Origin: a virus
Length of the DNA stretch: 64,000 bases
Strand: one strand, 5' to 3'
IMG/VR virus record: IMGVR_UViG_3300034102_003113
Shown here: positions 39,690 to 49,828 of the stretch, one piece after another
Numbering within the stretch: the stretch's first letter is position 1
How the letters are laid out: each line of letters starts with the position of its first letter
Translations under genes and position numbers: made by a program
The notes under the pieces: model-generated
The model's database searches: none
Told to the model about the DNA's origin: nothing
Seen by the model: the letters and a program-made list of their open reading frames with translations, nothing else

Positions 39690-40094
39690 ATGGCAAACGT
39701 TCTTCTCCCCTCAAATATTTCCTCTAACGCCCTCCGTTCACCAACTAATGTTGAGAATGCTGAGGCTAATCGTCTTATCACCGTACCCGCGGCAACTAAC
39801 CCTCTCACAGAGGCCGAGCGTAACTTTGCCCTTGTTACCTCGTTGACAATCGCTAACAAGACACTCGGTGCTGTTGAGGTAAACGCAAAGATTGTAAACT
39901 CCACCTCATCTGCCTATATCCTCTATGGTGTAAGCATCCCCGCTGGAACAGCCTTCGAGGTCATCCAAGGCAATAAGTTTATCCTTAAGGAAGGAGATAG
40001 TCTTTACGTCTGGCACAATTCCACCTCGAGTAATGTAGTAGACGTAGTTGCATCCTACACCATCCACATTCCTAATACCCCATACACTGTCTGA
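39690..40094 (+). CDS. Small beta-sandwich virion protein (paralog of 13501..13881)
   Basis: IANKT...V...YIL..V.IPAG..FEV.QG.KFIL..GD pattern. Confidence 0.75.
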   Translation: MANVLLPSNISSNALRSPTNVENAEANRLITVPAATNPLTEAERNFALVTSLTIANKTLGAVEVNAKIVNSTSSAYILYGVSIPAGTAFEVIQGNKFILKEGDSLYVWHNSTSSNVVDVVASYTIHIPNTPYTV

Positions 40095-40297
40095 TGACTA
40101 ACGATCCTCTTAGTTCAGTGTATAAGATCGAGGGGATCTACGCTGATCCCTACGACGTAATTAAAGCAATCAAATCTACTCCTAAGGAGCAAAGACAGGA
40201 CATCATCGACGCAGTCAAGAGTGGACGACTCGATGCCAATCCAAATGTCCTTAGAGAAGTGCAAAAATTTGAGCATCAACGGGACATGTCATCCTGA
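40094..40297 (+). CDS. Small hypothetical protein
   Basis: 67 aa, TGATG-coupled to the upstream gene. Confidence 0.6.
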   Translation: MTNDPLSSVYKIEGIYADPYDVIKAIKSTPKEQRQDIIDAVKSGRLDANPNVLREVQKFEHQRDMSS

Positions 40298-40302
40298 AAG
40301 GA

Positions 40303-40310
40303 GTTTAAAG
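40303..40310 (+). promoter_or_regulatory. GTTTAAAG putative late promoter
   Basis: Exact intergenic motif 22 nt upstream of ATG 40333. Confidence 0.65.
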
Positions 40311-40332
40311 TAACTAAGACTAGCTCTTAGAC

Positions 40333-42666
40333 ATGAGATACATACCTGATACAGGAAAGCAATTTGTCCTTCAGGTTCCCGAGGATAAAAATTCTTACAT
40401 CAACGTAAAAAATTACGATGCCAGGGGACTCTCCACAGTTTTCACTGGGAGCATTTTTTCTGGGTTACAGGACGAGTTGTCCATCGGATCGATCAATGAT
40501 GGCGAAGGTGGTACTCTTCAGCAGTACTTCGACATCCTTTCCGTTGGCATTGAACTCCAGGCCCATATCTATCGCGGTGTAGGCGGCGGTGGTGGTGAAA
40601 CGCCTATTATTTCTGTATCGGGTGTAAATCTACAAGGTGTGGATTTCTCCAGTTCAGCGGTAAGTTCGAATCTTATCCAGCCTCTTAAGTATTATATCTT
40701 CGGTTATGATACCTCGACGGGTAAGATGCCTAATGCCGTGCAGATTGTTGGCTCAGCAGGACAATACTCCAAAGTCTTAGATCCAGATAAATGGAACCAA
40801 GATCAGTATGTTGATATTAATTTTACAAAGACTGGACAATATGTAGTTCCCATTGTCTATAGAGTATGGGGGACGAGAGTAGAGTTCCTTGGGATGATCG
40901 GAAACGCTAAGATTGGCTTCCCAGGAGCTTCTGTATTAACCTTTAGAGACTATGGTCTCAAGGAAATTCCAAGTTGGAATAATAATCCAGATTACTGGAC
41001 ACCTGACTTCTTGGATGGTGTAATCTCCATCCTTGGTGGAGTTCCTACTCAGCTTAAGAAGATTGTAGGCAAAGAACATCTTAAGATCATGCCTAGGATC
41101 GAGGGATCTCAACCTAACTATATTCAATGTGAAGCAGTACCCGACGGCCCTCTAGCTAATCCTGAAGATTATCAGTTTGGTGATGAAGTTAAGTTTGTTA
41201 TTGATGATACCCAACCCATCCGTAATGCTATTAACCTAGCGGCCCAAGGTAACATTAAAGAGATCTTTTTCCCGGCCGGTGTCTACAACTTTAGAAACTC
41301 ATCATTTACAAATACTAACTCTGCAAACTATAGCAATATCTCATTCAGGGGAGTTGGTGAAGGTTCAATGATCAAGCGCCTTCAAGCAAGTATCTCTGGC
41401 TCTATTAACCCCGGGCTGATTAACTTTTCTGGTGAGAGAGAATCCGTTCGAGTTGAAGGTATTCGGTTTAGATCCATTGTCTTCGATGGCAATAGGTCCT
41501 CTACTGCTTCTTTGGTCGGACCTATCTCTGGGTCAGTAGATCCTTCGAGATATGTAGCAGAAACCCTGGTTTTTTTAAAGTTTGCAGATAATGTATCACT
41601 AACCGAATGTAGATTTGTAGATGCTGGTGGAGCCGGCGTTCATACAGAATCTTGCTCAGCGGTTCTGATGACAAACAATATCTTCAGCAGACTTGGAAGA
41701 TCTTACGAGCCTGAAGTTCGTCCTATCGAGGTCTATGAGACATCTAACTCTATTGTCCAAGGTAATATCTTCGAGTTTTGCACCTCCAGCCCATACTTCT
41801 TTAACGTAGACTTCTCAACGATTAATAATAACATCATCCGCTCTTGTGGAGATCAAGGAGTTGTTCTTGAAACCTCGTATCAGTGGAATGCTTCTAACAA
41901 CCTAGCTTATTCCGATACTGACTCTCTCATCCGCTCTGTAGATCAGTACAATAACGAGTACTCTAAAGCGGCGATTGAGATCCGCAGAAACACTGCCCTC
42001 GAGCCTATTTACTTCACAGTAACAAATGGCGGCGAGACAATTGGCATCAAGAAAGACTCGATTATTGCAGATATCTACGGCCTGGACTCTCTTGGTCGCA
42101 AAAATGCTGCTAATAAAATCGGGTCTTTTAAAGTCATTCAAACTGCTGACCAACTTGAAGCGGGTATCTTCTCCGTCACTCTTCCCGGCCTTCAGTCGGC
42201 AACCATCGATGGAAACACAGTTCCTGCCACATCAGATTTTGCCCTTCTAGACCCTGCAAGTGGGCAATACGGTTATATGTATGAGATTGCAGGAACAGTA
42301 AGACTAGGTTCTTCTGGCCGGGGGTATGTCCCAGTGAATATCCGCGAAGCCAATATCGGAGGGACAGATTATCTGGCTATCCAACTCAGAAACTCTTCTG
42401 AGCTTCTCTCTTTCCTTATCTTTGACGCAGATAACCCTGAGAACGACTATATCATCATCGAGGGATTCTCTAACACCGACCTCGATGGATGGGATCAGAA
42501 TTCCGCATATAGAGTTATTGGCGTGGATATTAACACTAACTCTCTCTTACTTGACACAATCCCTAGCCTTTCGCCAGGGACATCTGGAATTGACTTCTTA
42601 GGAGGCCAACTATATATCCAGCGCACCAACTACCAAATTGCCGACGGCAACATCATCGTAAACTGA
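40333..42666 (+). CDS. Tailspike-like protein with pectate-lyase-like right-handed beta-helix
   Basis: DDTQPIRNAIN...IFFPAGVY, ISFRGVG, IVFDGN and repeated I.NN.F/I rungs. Confidence 0.8.
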   Translation: MRYIPDTGKQFVLQVPEDKNSYINVKNYDARGLSTVFTGSIFSGLQDELSIGSINDGEGGTLQQYFDILSVGIELQAHIYRGVGGGGGETPIISVSGVNLQGVDFSSSAVSSNLIQPLKYYIFGYDTSTGKMPNAVQIVGSAGQYSKVLDPDKWNQDQYVDINFTKTGQYVVPIVYRVWGTRVEFLGMIGNAKIGFPGASVLTFRDYGLKEIPSWNNNPDYWTPDFLDGVISILGGVPTQLKKIVGKEHLKIMPRIEGSQPNYIQCEAVPDGPLANPEDYQFGDEVKFVIDDTQPIRNAINLAAQGNIKEIFFPAGVYNFRNSSFTNTNSANYSNISFRGVGEGSMIKRLQASISGSINPGLINFSGERESVRVEGIRFRSIVFDGNRSSTASLVGPISGSVDPSRYVAETLVFLKFADNVSLTECRFVDAGGAGVHTESCSAVLMTNNIFSRLGRSYEPEVRPIEVYETSNSIVQGNIFEFCTSSPYFFNVDFSTINNNIIRSCGDQGVVLETSYQWNASNNLAYSDTDSLIRSVDQYNNEYSKAAIEIRRNTALEPIYFTVTNGGETIGIKKDSIIADIYGLDSLGRKNAANKIGSFKVIQTADQLEAGIFSVTLPGLQSATIDGNTVPATSDFALLDPASGQYGYMYEIAGTVRLGSSGRGYVPVNIREANIGGTDYLAIQLRNSSELLSFLIFDADNPENDYIIIEGFSNTDLDGWDQNSAYRVIGVDINTNSLLLDTIPSLSPGTSGIDFLGGQLYIQRTNYQIADGNIIVN

Positions 42667-42686
42667 TTAACTAACTCCTCTCTACC

Positions 42687-45600
42687 ATGGCAAACAAAAA
42701 GACTATTATCGGAAAAACAGCTCCGGTGCCTCTTGGCCAACAGAAAGCTGTCAACTCTCTCCCAGTTGTTTTTGCTGAGGACCAGCCTCCTATTCCTGTT
42801 GAAGAGCAGAATAAAATTCAGTCGGAAGTTGCCCTTAGCCTTCTTGGTATTCCTAGAGCTGAAGTTGCCCTAGGTATCTTCGCTGACGTAAACACTTATG
42901 ATATCAACCCATCTGAATGGTCTCAGTTCCCAATTGAGAACGAGATCGATGGAGATGGGAACACAACAACCGGACTCAACCACCTTGCTGAGGAGGCAGG
43001 AGCCGAGTTAGTTGCACAGACCGGTAAAACAACCATCCTCACCTCTAAGCGTTTCTTCAGATACCAGCCTGGTCGTGTTTCATCCTCCACTATGGGTGTG
43101 AAGATGAATAAGACTGCATCTACCTACGATGCATCTACACCCAATCGTGATGAGATGAAGGGTGCTCCCACCATCAAAAAGTGGGGTATTTTTGATAAGT
43201 TTGACGGATATTACTTTGAAATTGTAAACGGTGGTGATAAGAATGACTTCCGGTGTATAAGAAGAACCCAGGCCCTTACTTACGACCAACCTGCCGGCAT
43301 TGAGACAACAGGCGATGGTTGGAATAAGATCGCCACATCTGCTACTGGCTCAAGCAATATTAAAGCTGGTAACTGGGGAGTTGTTGGAGAGGACCCCGTA
43401 ATTTTTAGAAATGGTCTAGCCTACGTTGCCGCTGCCATTTATGACCCTAGCCTATGTTATAGTCCAGATGATGTTCTCGCCATTGAAAACGGAGCAGATC
43501 TTAATGACTATGAGTTTGAAGAAGGGTACGCTGTTAGACTAGCATACAGGAACGCTGCTAATACTTTTGTTGAGCATCTTACAGGTCGTCAATTCCAGTT
43601 CCCCTTCGACCAAAAGAACATAGACAAGGCCAGCGCCGATTATCTCAACTGGAAGCAGAATGATCTATTCCTTAAACCTGCTTCTGAGTATATTCGCCTA
43701 GACGCCCACTGTAAATGGCAAGATATCATCACTAACTTAAGCCGTGGTGGTGGTAGCGCATTTAGTACAGAGATTGGTATTTCTGGAGATGCAATTCTTG
43801 CTAATACTACTGATGCAAGATTTGGACTTGACACTGACCCCTCTGAAGTAAACAGCGGAGTTAAGATTTGGAACCTTCTCGTGAGTGTTCAAGGTAGTAC
43901 TCAGGTAACTCAGACTCAATTCCGTAATAGATTTGGTGTTGATTCTCACCGCTCCTCCGCAAAAGAATACGATCCTGGAACTGGTATTTCTGATGCCGGT
44001 AAGAAGAATATCACTCTCAAGGAATGGTTTAAGCTTTGTGTTCCCAAGCAATATCGCATGGTGTATGAGTGGAGACCAGTGAGAGCTATGTTCTCAGGCG
44101 ACCAACTCAACGGACAAAATAACGTTGTTCGCTGGAGTGACACCTCAACTGCTAACGTAGATCCAACAGATATCTCGGTAAAACGCCCTGGTGATCCTGT
44201 GATCCTTGATGGTTCAACACTTACTGACCAGTCAGTGTATAACATTGACTTCACCAAGGTAACCATGTGGAAGATCGAGTTCTCATGGTACGGAGCTGTT
44301 GGTGCTCTGTTCCTAGTTTACGTTCCTGTGGCCAATGGCGAAGCAAGATGGGTAAGGGTTCATCACATGAGAGCCTCTAACCAACTTGACGTGGCGTCAC
44401 TTGGTAATGCTACACTGCCTATCACATACATGACCCACGCTGGTAGGGCCAATAACCTCCCAGAGGGAAGTCGCCTTGTTAAGTACGGAGCTTCGTACTA
44501 CATCGATGGTGGCGATAAAGGAACAGTTAGATTGCTTTCTAAGGCAACAGATTATCCAAAGAGCTCTAAGTATGGCGCACTAGGTGCTACTGTGGCAACA
44601 GTGCCATCCTCAAACTCATTTGAGATCACATTTAACCAGAATCTAAGAGATCAGTTAATTGGATCATATCTAAAATCCGATACAACTACCAAAGTGATCT
44701 GGGTAGAGAACAGTTCAACTGCTGGCCGAGTAGTTCTATACTTCAATCGTAATGTATCTACCTTCCTGTCACTAAGTGATGATGTTGAGATCATCATCCC
44801 ACGTCGTCAGAGAGCGATGATGGCGCTTAGAGCAAAAGATAATGTAATCAATACGTCTGGAGTAGGTGTAAGAAACCGTATTCAACTCTATCCCATTAAG
44901 TATGGTCTAGGTGTAACTGATTCGTCAGGAGAGGATAATGTGCTCTCTATCAACTTCATTAAGAATCCGCTTCTGATTACAAATAACCTAAATAACCTCG
45001 GTTTAGCGGCAACCTTAACTACTCCGATTTATACCAATTCGGCGGAAACTGCTAAGGGATTCGAACTTGGATCTGGCACTGTTCCTAAAAAGATCCTGTC
45101 TGGAACAAACATCTCATCGGGTAACTACACGACTCTGAGTGCGGTATTAAACGCAGATGGTAAGTATTTCTATGCTTACATGCGCTCTAAGCCCACCAAT
45201 GATGTAGGAAGTGGATTCTCAACAAACCCAGGTACTGATGAGAGCGAGATGCTCGTTAGATTCTTTAATAAGGCGGGGATTCTCTACATCCAAAATTATG
45301 AAGCTCAGGCTACTGACGTTAGCGTATATGGCAATCTAATGTACGCTAAGATGTATACCTTTAGTGCTGATGGAGATATCCAACTCTTCACAGGCACAAT
45401 CGGCTCTAGTAGTCCAACAGGAAACCATAGCAAGTACGAAAATCAGAAGAAGTGGGATGCTGCTGAGGTAGGAACATGGGAATCTATTGCCTCCCTCTCA
45501 GGAGCTAAAATCTCCCAAGATTTTAAACTCGCCCCTGTTGCCAATACTGGAAACAATATCTTCTCTATTTATGCAAATAGAGGTGGTGATCAGTACGACC

Positions 45601-45761
45601 TAGCAGATTACTTCTCATATAATAAAGAATATATCTCTTTCCCATTAACAAATGAGGTAGATATTCTTGGAATCTATGCCTTCTGGGAATCCACATCGGC
45701 AAGTACTCCACCCACCTCGGCCATCAATATCGTTAATTCTCTAACTTGGGAGGAGCAGTGA
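42687..45761 (+). CDS. Large virion structural protein (paralog of 45763..49818)
   Basis: FRYQPGR, WG.FD..DGYYF, MWKIEFSWYGAVG and YGASYYIDG blocks. Confidence 0.75.
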   Translation: MANKKTIIGKTAPVPLGQQKAVNSLPVVFAEDQPPIPVEEQNKIQSEVALSLLGIPRAEVALGIFADVNTYDINPSEWSQFPIENEIDGDGNTTTGLNHLAEEAGAELVAQTGKTTILTSKRFFRYQPGRVSSSTMGVKMNKTASTYDASTPNRDEMKGAPTIKKWGIFDKFDGYYFEIVNGGDKNDFRCIRRTQALTYDQPAGIETTGDGWNKIATSATGSSNIKAGNWGVVGEDPVIFRNGLAYVAAAIYDPSLCYSPDDVLAIENGADLNDYEFEEGYAVRLAYRNAANTFVEHLTGRQFQFPFDQKNIDKASADYLNWKQNDLFLKPASEYIRLDAHCKWQDIITNLSRGGGSAFSTEIGISGDAILANTTDARFGLDTDPSEVNSGVKIWNLLVSVQGSTQVTQTQFRNRFGVDSHRSSAKEYDPGTGISDAGKKNITLKEWFKLCVPKQYRMVYEWRPVRAMFSGDQLNGQNNVVRWSDTSTANVDPTDISVKRPGDPVILDGSTLTDQSVYNIDFTKVTMWKIEFSWYGAVGALFLVYVPVANGEARWVRVHHMRASNQLDVASLGNATLPITYMTHAGRANNLPEGSRLVKYGASYYIDGGDKGTVRLLSKATDYPKSSKYGALGATVATVPSSNSFEITFNQNLRDQLIGSYLKSDTTTKVIWVENSSTAGRVVLYFNRNVSTFLSLSDDVEIIIPRRQRAMMALRAKDNVINTSGVGVRNRIQLYPIKYGLGVTDSSGEDNVLSINFIKNPLLITNNLNNLGLAATLTTPIYTNSAETAKGFELGSGTVPKKILSGTNISSGNYTTLSAVLNADGKYFYAYMRSKPTNDVGSGFSTNPGTDESEMLVRFFNKAGILYIQNYEAQATDVSVYGNLMYAKMYTFSADGDIQLFTGTIGSSSPTGNHSKYENQKKWDAAEVGTWESIASLSGAKISQDFKLAPVANTGNNIFSIYANRGGDQYDLADYFSYNKEYISFPLTNEVDILGIYAFWESTSASTPPTSAINIVNSLTWEEQ

Positions 45762-45762
45762 T

Positions 45763-48700
45763 ATGCCAGAGTATACTTCCGGTTCTTCTATAAGAGCGGA
45801 GGAAACTCCGCCTAGGAAGTCTATATCACGTAAGCAAATGGTGGACTTTAGGGGATTTCCCCTTTCCACCGAGGAAGGTAACCCTCTTACGACAGATAAA
45901 GAATCCTATCCAAAGAGTGAATATGGAGCTGCAAATGCTCCGTCTATTGTTCTTGACTCAGACTCGTATCTTAAGGATGGGATTAGTTCTGCCAATCAAT
46001 TTAGCAAAAGAAGTCCTGCTGCTCTGCCAATGGTCGAGCAGTTTGCTGATACATCTGAGGTCAGTCGTTCGCTGCTAGGTATTAATAGAGAGACGAGCCA
46101 ACAGGGTCTTTTTAGTAATGTTAGTACCTATGGCCTAGATGAAAAAGACTGGAGAGTTGATGGAACTGAATTTATACAACCAGAATTTTGGTATAATCGC
46201 CCATCTTCATCTGGAAATTACTTTTTTACAAAGTTCGAAGAGGATACAAAGAACTCTGCATTAGCCATCTCTGTATATCCTTCTCCATTCACTCCACCTG
46301 GCAAACCTTCACTCCAAGATCAGTTACTAAACCCTGGTGGTGCAGAAAGATACAGAGGTTGGGGACAATACCTCAATTCAATCATCGCTCAGTATCTCAT
46401 TGAGTACATGGTAAAGAATTTTACCAATGAGCAACTTGAAGAATTTAATCTCCTTTACCTATTAAATAAGTACCCGCCAAACATCCTCCCAGATGGATCA
46501 TATGAATTCAATCAACTCTACTGGGATAAGATTTGGTTGGATATTCAACAGACTCGTTTTGGTGCAGTATCTGATTACCCATTGATTCCTACCGGTAGAG
46601 CAATTAACTTTGTTCCAACTGATACTGACGAACTCCTTTTAACTCCGTTCAAGAGCGCCACATTATGGGGAGAGGATGCCGATCCTAGAGTGATAATCAC
46701 TCAGGCAGGGGCTGCTGTACCCAATACTTTAAGTTGTGCTTGGGACAGTTTCTTCTTTAGCACTACTCGAGTATATTACCCAGCTGGAAGTTCTGAGGAT
46801 CAAGGACATTATCGCATTAAAACAAATCCCACTCCAGAACTTTGGAGTAAATATTTTGGTCTAGACTGGGATTATATTCGCCAAGATCTTAAAGACTGGA
46901 ATTTTACAATCCACCAATCCTCGGCTACTGTAACCGATGTTGAAAAGGATCTTAAACTTCCACATTTTATTCTTGATTCGCCTATTGAAGCCAATCCTAC
47001 TAATATTTTTAGTGCTACTTGGCCAAATGAGCAGTTTGGTGAGGCCATCAATCTGCCTACCACTGAGAACAAGATCGGTGGATCTCCAGGTGTAAGTTCT
47101 GAGATTACTATTAAGTCTATTAGAGCTTTCCGTTATCAACCTGGTAGAATTAGCGGATTTACTTATGGTACTAAGGCTTCGGAAATTGGGGCAGGTCCCG
47201 GCACTACAATTGAGTGGGGAGTGGAGAATGACACTGATGGTTATTTCTTACGACTTCGTGATGGAGCAGACTTTACAATTATCCGTAGATCCATTATCCC
47301 ACTTGAGGAAACAACGTTCCTAGAAGGTTCTGGATACGCTGAGAATACACGTGAAATTTTCCGTAATGGCCGTAGACAATACGAAACGGTTATTGAACAA
47401 AAAAATATGAATGGCGATCCCCTTAATGGCGAGGGGAGTAGCGGGTATATTCTCAATCCAGATACAGTAACCATGTATAAGATTGAGTTTGGTTGGTATG
47501 GCGCCATTGGAGCAAGATTCTATGCCTATATTCCACAAGAAAATGGCGAATGTCGTTGGGTAATTATCCATACTCTGGTAATTGAAAACCAACTCGGTCA
47601 ACCCTGTCTAGGGGATCCATTCTTCTACTTTAAGTATAGACTCAATGTCTCTGACTCATCGACAATTAGAGTTGATCAATATCTGTATAAGTTTGGTGCG
47701 TCGTACTATATTGATGGGTATGATAAAGGCACTCTCTATTCGTCTTTTGCAAAATCTAAAAAGCGTGATCTTATAGACCCACAGTTTTCTGTATCTAAGA
47801 CCTATCTCAATGCAATTGACTGGACTGTGCTAATGGGTATTAAACCTAAACAGTATCTCTACAATCGCTTTGGATCAGAGGTCTATAATAAGAAAGAGAT
47901 TTTCCCCAAGAGTTTTTCTATCTTCTCACAAGAAGATTGCGAGATTAAGATTATCAGACAGAAGGCATGTCCAGAATTTGCTTATACTCACCAAGAAGGG
48001 TATTCATGGGCCCTACTTCCAGAATCTAGAAGGATAAAGGCTAAGTTTAGCGTTAATAACTTCAATATCAATGAGTCGACTCTTGGAATAACATTGGCTG
48101 ATGCCGCGTCTCATACCGCTACGTTGGCTTACGCTGGAACTCCAGATGGAACTTGGAGATCACCTAACAGTTCTGCTAATTATGCAGTAATTGGATCTGA
48201 AGTTATCAAAGTAGTTGGAGACGATCTATTCCAACTGGCAATGACGCAAAAGAACCTATCTGGTGTGAATAGTGTATTCAAACTTCAAAGAATCGCCGGT
48301 GGTGGGTATCTTTCCTCTAGAGCCCCAGAAGTTGAAGTAGAAAATGTATATCTTCCATTTACTTATGCTCCGGTAGGAGAGTATTCGAATGGTTATGAGG
48401 TAGAGTTCGATTATTATCGTAGAGATCAGGCACTCTTGTCATCCGTCAATGTTATCTCTGATGAGTTCTTTGTCTTCTGGACAGGTGGTAGTAGAGGTGG
48501 TATTGATTCTACTCACCGTTCAACCATAAGAATAGGATTTGTTTGGCCAGATGTCTCTAATCCATCGAGCCTAATCCACGTCTCCCGCGGAACAGATGAA
48601 TGGGGTATTCAAACTCCAGATGACGTCGGTGGAGATTTTGTTTCCTATGACGGACAAAAATTCTATGAGGGTATTCCAGTTGATTTTGTAAATGATTATC

Positions 48701-49818
48701 CAGAAAACACACTTTACGTTGAGACTAATACTGAATTAGATATTAATACATATAACCTAGAGACAAATGAGTACGACGATTTTGACGATTTCTGGGACCT
48801 AGGAGAAATTTCTGTTCCTGGAGTCGAAGGTGGAGAATGTCATGGGCTCGGATGCAAGGCCGGTAGAGAACTCCGCGAGGCCGAAATTGTTGTTTATGAA
48901 GAGGATCAAGGTGATGGTAACTTTGTTGATATCTATTACCTCCAAGATGTGTCTCCATGGCCATCCCTTGGAGAACCTTATTCCATCACAATCACTCAAG
49001 GCGCCAATGTAATAACCATTCAAGTAACTGATCCTGTTACTAAGATAGTTGGTGATGCTGTAGTATACCTCTTACCTATTGGTACGTCTCTACCCGTAGG
49101 ATTGACAACAGGTGGTATAGAAGCTACATATAATATTATTTATATTGCCACTATTGATAAGCAGTCTAAAGTCAGATCTATTTTGGCATCTAAAATTGCC
49201 CCAGGAGACTTGCCTTATGTAAGAGTCTTTATGCAAGGTAGACAAGGCACAAGCATGGGTGGAATGTGGATTGGACAAAAAACTCCGAGAGGTATTGTTC
49301 TAGACCCATTTACTCCGCATCGTTCCACTGTTAACATCAAGGACTCTGGGTCTGAAACTCATGGTGAGAGTTTCCCAACTCCTGAATCTGATGGAGCTGT
49401 GAAGGTTATTAATACCTACACCCAACTTGATGCTTTTGGAAGATCAACTGCCCCGACAAATGATATCGGAACAGATACTCTGGAGACTTATAAATCCATC
49501 CATTCCAACCCAAGAAAATGTGGAAGTTTCTTATCCGCGGGTGGAACTAATGCTGCTGGCATTCTCACTCCTACAGATTATCCAATCAGATGGCTAACTT
49601 CACAATCCTCTGGGCTTCCACTGGCTACGTTCTATGTCTCAAAGAACCAATCAGTTGAAATTTCATTAGAAGAGATTTTCAATGTCGATGCCGAATCCGT
49701 GGTGAATTCAGACGATGCCAATTTGGCTACTATGTTTATAGCAAGAAGTCTGAACAATCACACCCTGGCCGGGTCGGAAAAAGAAATCTATATGACACTT
49801 AACTACGACGAGCAGTAA
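45763..49818 (+). CDS. Large virion structural protein (paralog of 42687..45761)
   Basis: FRYQPGR, WG.END.DGYF, MYKIEFGWYGAIG and FGASYYIDG blocks. Confidence 0.75.
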   Translation: MPEYTSGSSIRAEETPPRKSISRKQMVDFRGFPLSTEEGNPLTTDKESYPKSEYGAANAPSIVLDSDSYLKDGISSANQFSKRSPAALPMVEQFADTSEVSRSLLGINRETSQQGLFSNVSTYGLDEKDWRVDGTEFIQPEFWYNRPSSSGNYFFTKFEEDTKNSALAISVYPSPFTPPGKPSLQDQLLNPGGAERYRGWGQYLNSIIAQYLIEYMVKNFTNEQLEEFNLLYLLNKYPPNILPDGSYEFNQLYWDKIWLDIQQTRFGAVSDYPLIPTGRAINFVPTDTDELLLTPFKSATLWGEDADPRVIITQAGAAVPNTLSCAWDSFFFSTTRVYYPAGSSEDQGHYRIKTNPTPELWSKYFGLDWDYIRQDLKDWNFTIHQSSATVTDVEKDLKLPHFILDSPIEANPTNIFSATWPNEQFGEAINLPTTENKIGGSPGVSSEITIKSIRAFRYQPGRISGFTYGTKASEIGAGPGTTIEWGVENDTDGYFLRLRDGADFTIIRRSIIPLEETTFLEGSGYAENTREIFRNGRRQYETVIEQKNMNGDPLNGEGSSGYILNPDTVTMYKIEFGWYGAIGARFYAYIPQENGECRWVIIHTLVIENQLGQPCLGDPFFYFKYRLNVSDSSTIRVDQYLYKFGASYYIDGYDKGTLYSSFAKSKKRDLIDPQFSVSKTYLNAIDWTVLMGIKPKQYLYNRFGSEVYNKKEIFPKSFSIFSQEDCEIKIIRQKACPEFAYTHQEGYSWALLPESRRIKAKFSVNNFNINESTLGITLADAASHTATLAYAGTPDGTWRSPNSSANYAVIGSEVIKVVGDDLFQLAMTQKNLSGVNSVFKLQRIAGGGYLSSRAPEVEVENVYLPFTYAPVGEYSNGYEVEFDYYRRDQALLSSVNVISDEFFVFWTGGSRGGIDSTHRSTIRIGFVWPDVSNPSSLIHVSRGTDEWGIQTPDDVGGDFVSYDGQKFYEGIPVDFVNDYPENTLYVETNTELDINTYNLETNEYDDFDDFWDLGEISVPGVEGGECHGLGCKAGRELREAEIVVYEEDQGDGNFVDIYYLQDVSPWPSLGEPYSITITQGANVITIQVTDPVTKIVGDAVVYLLPIGTSLPVGLTTGGIEATYNIIYIATIDKQSKVRSILASKIAPGDLPYVRVFMQGRQGTSMGGMWIGQKTPRGIVLDPFTPHRSTVNIKDSGSETHGESFPTPESDGAVKVINTYTQLDAFGRSTAPTNDIGTDTLETYKSIHSNPRKCGSFLSAGGTNAAGILTPTDYPIRWLTSQSSGLPLATFYVSKNQSVEISLEEIFNVDAESVVNSDDANLATMFIARSLNNHTLAGSEKEIYMTLNYDEQ

Positions 49819-49828
49819 GGAAACATCA

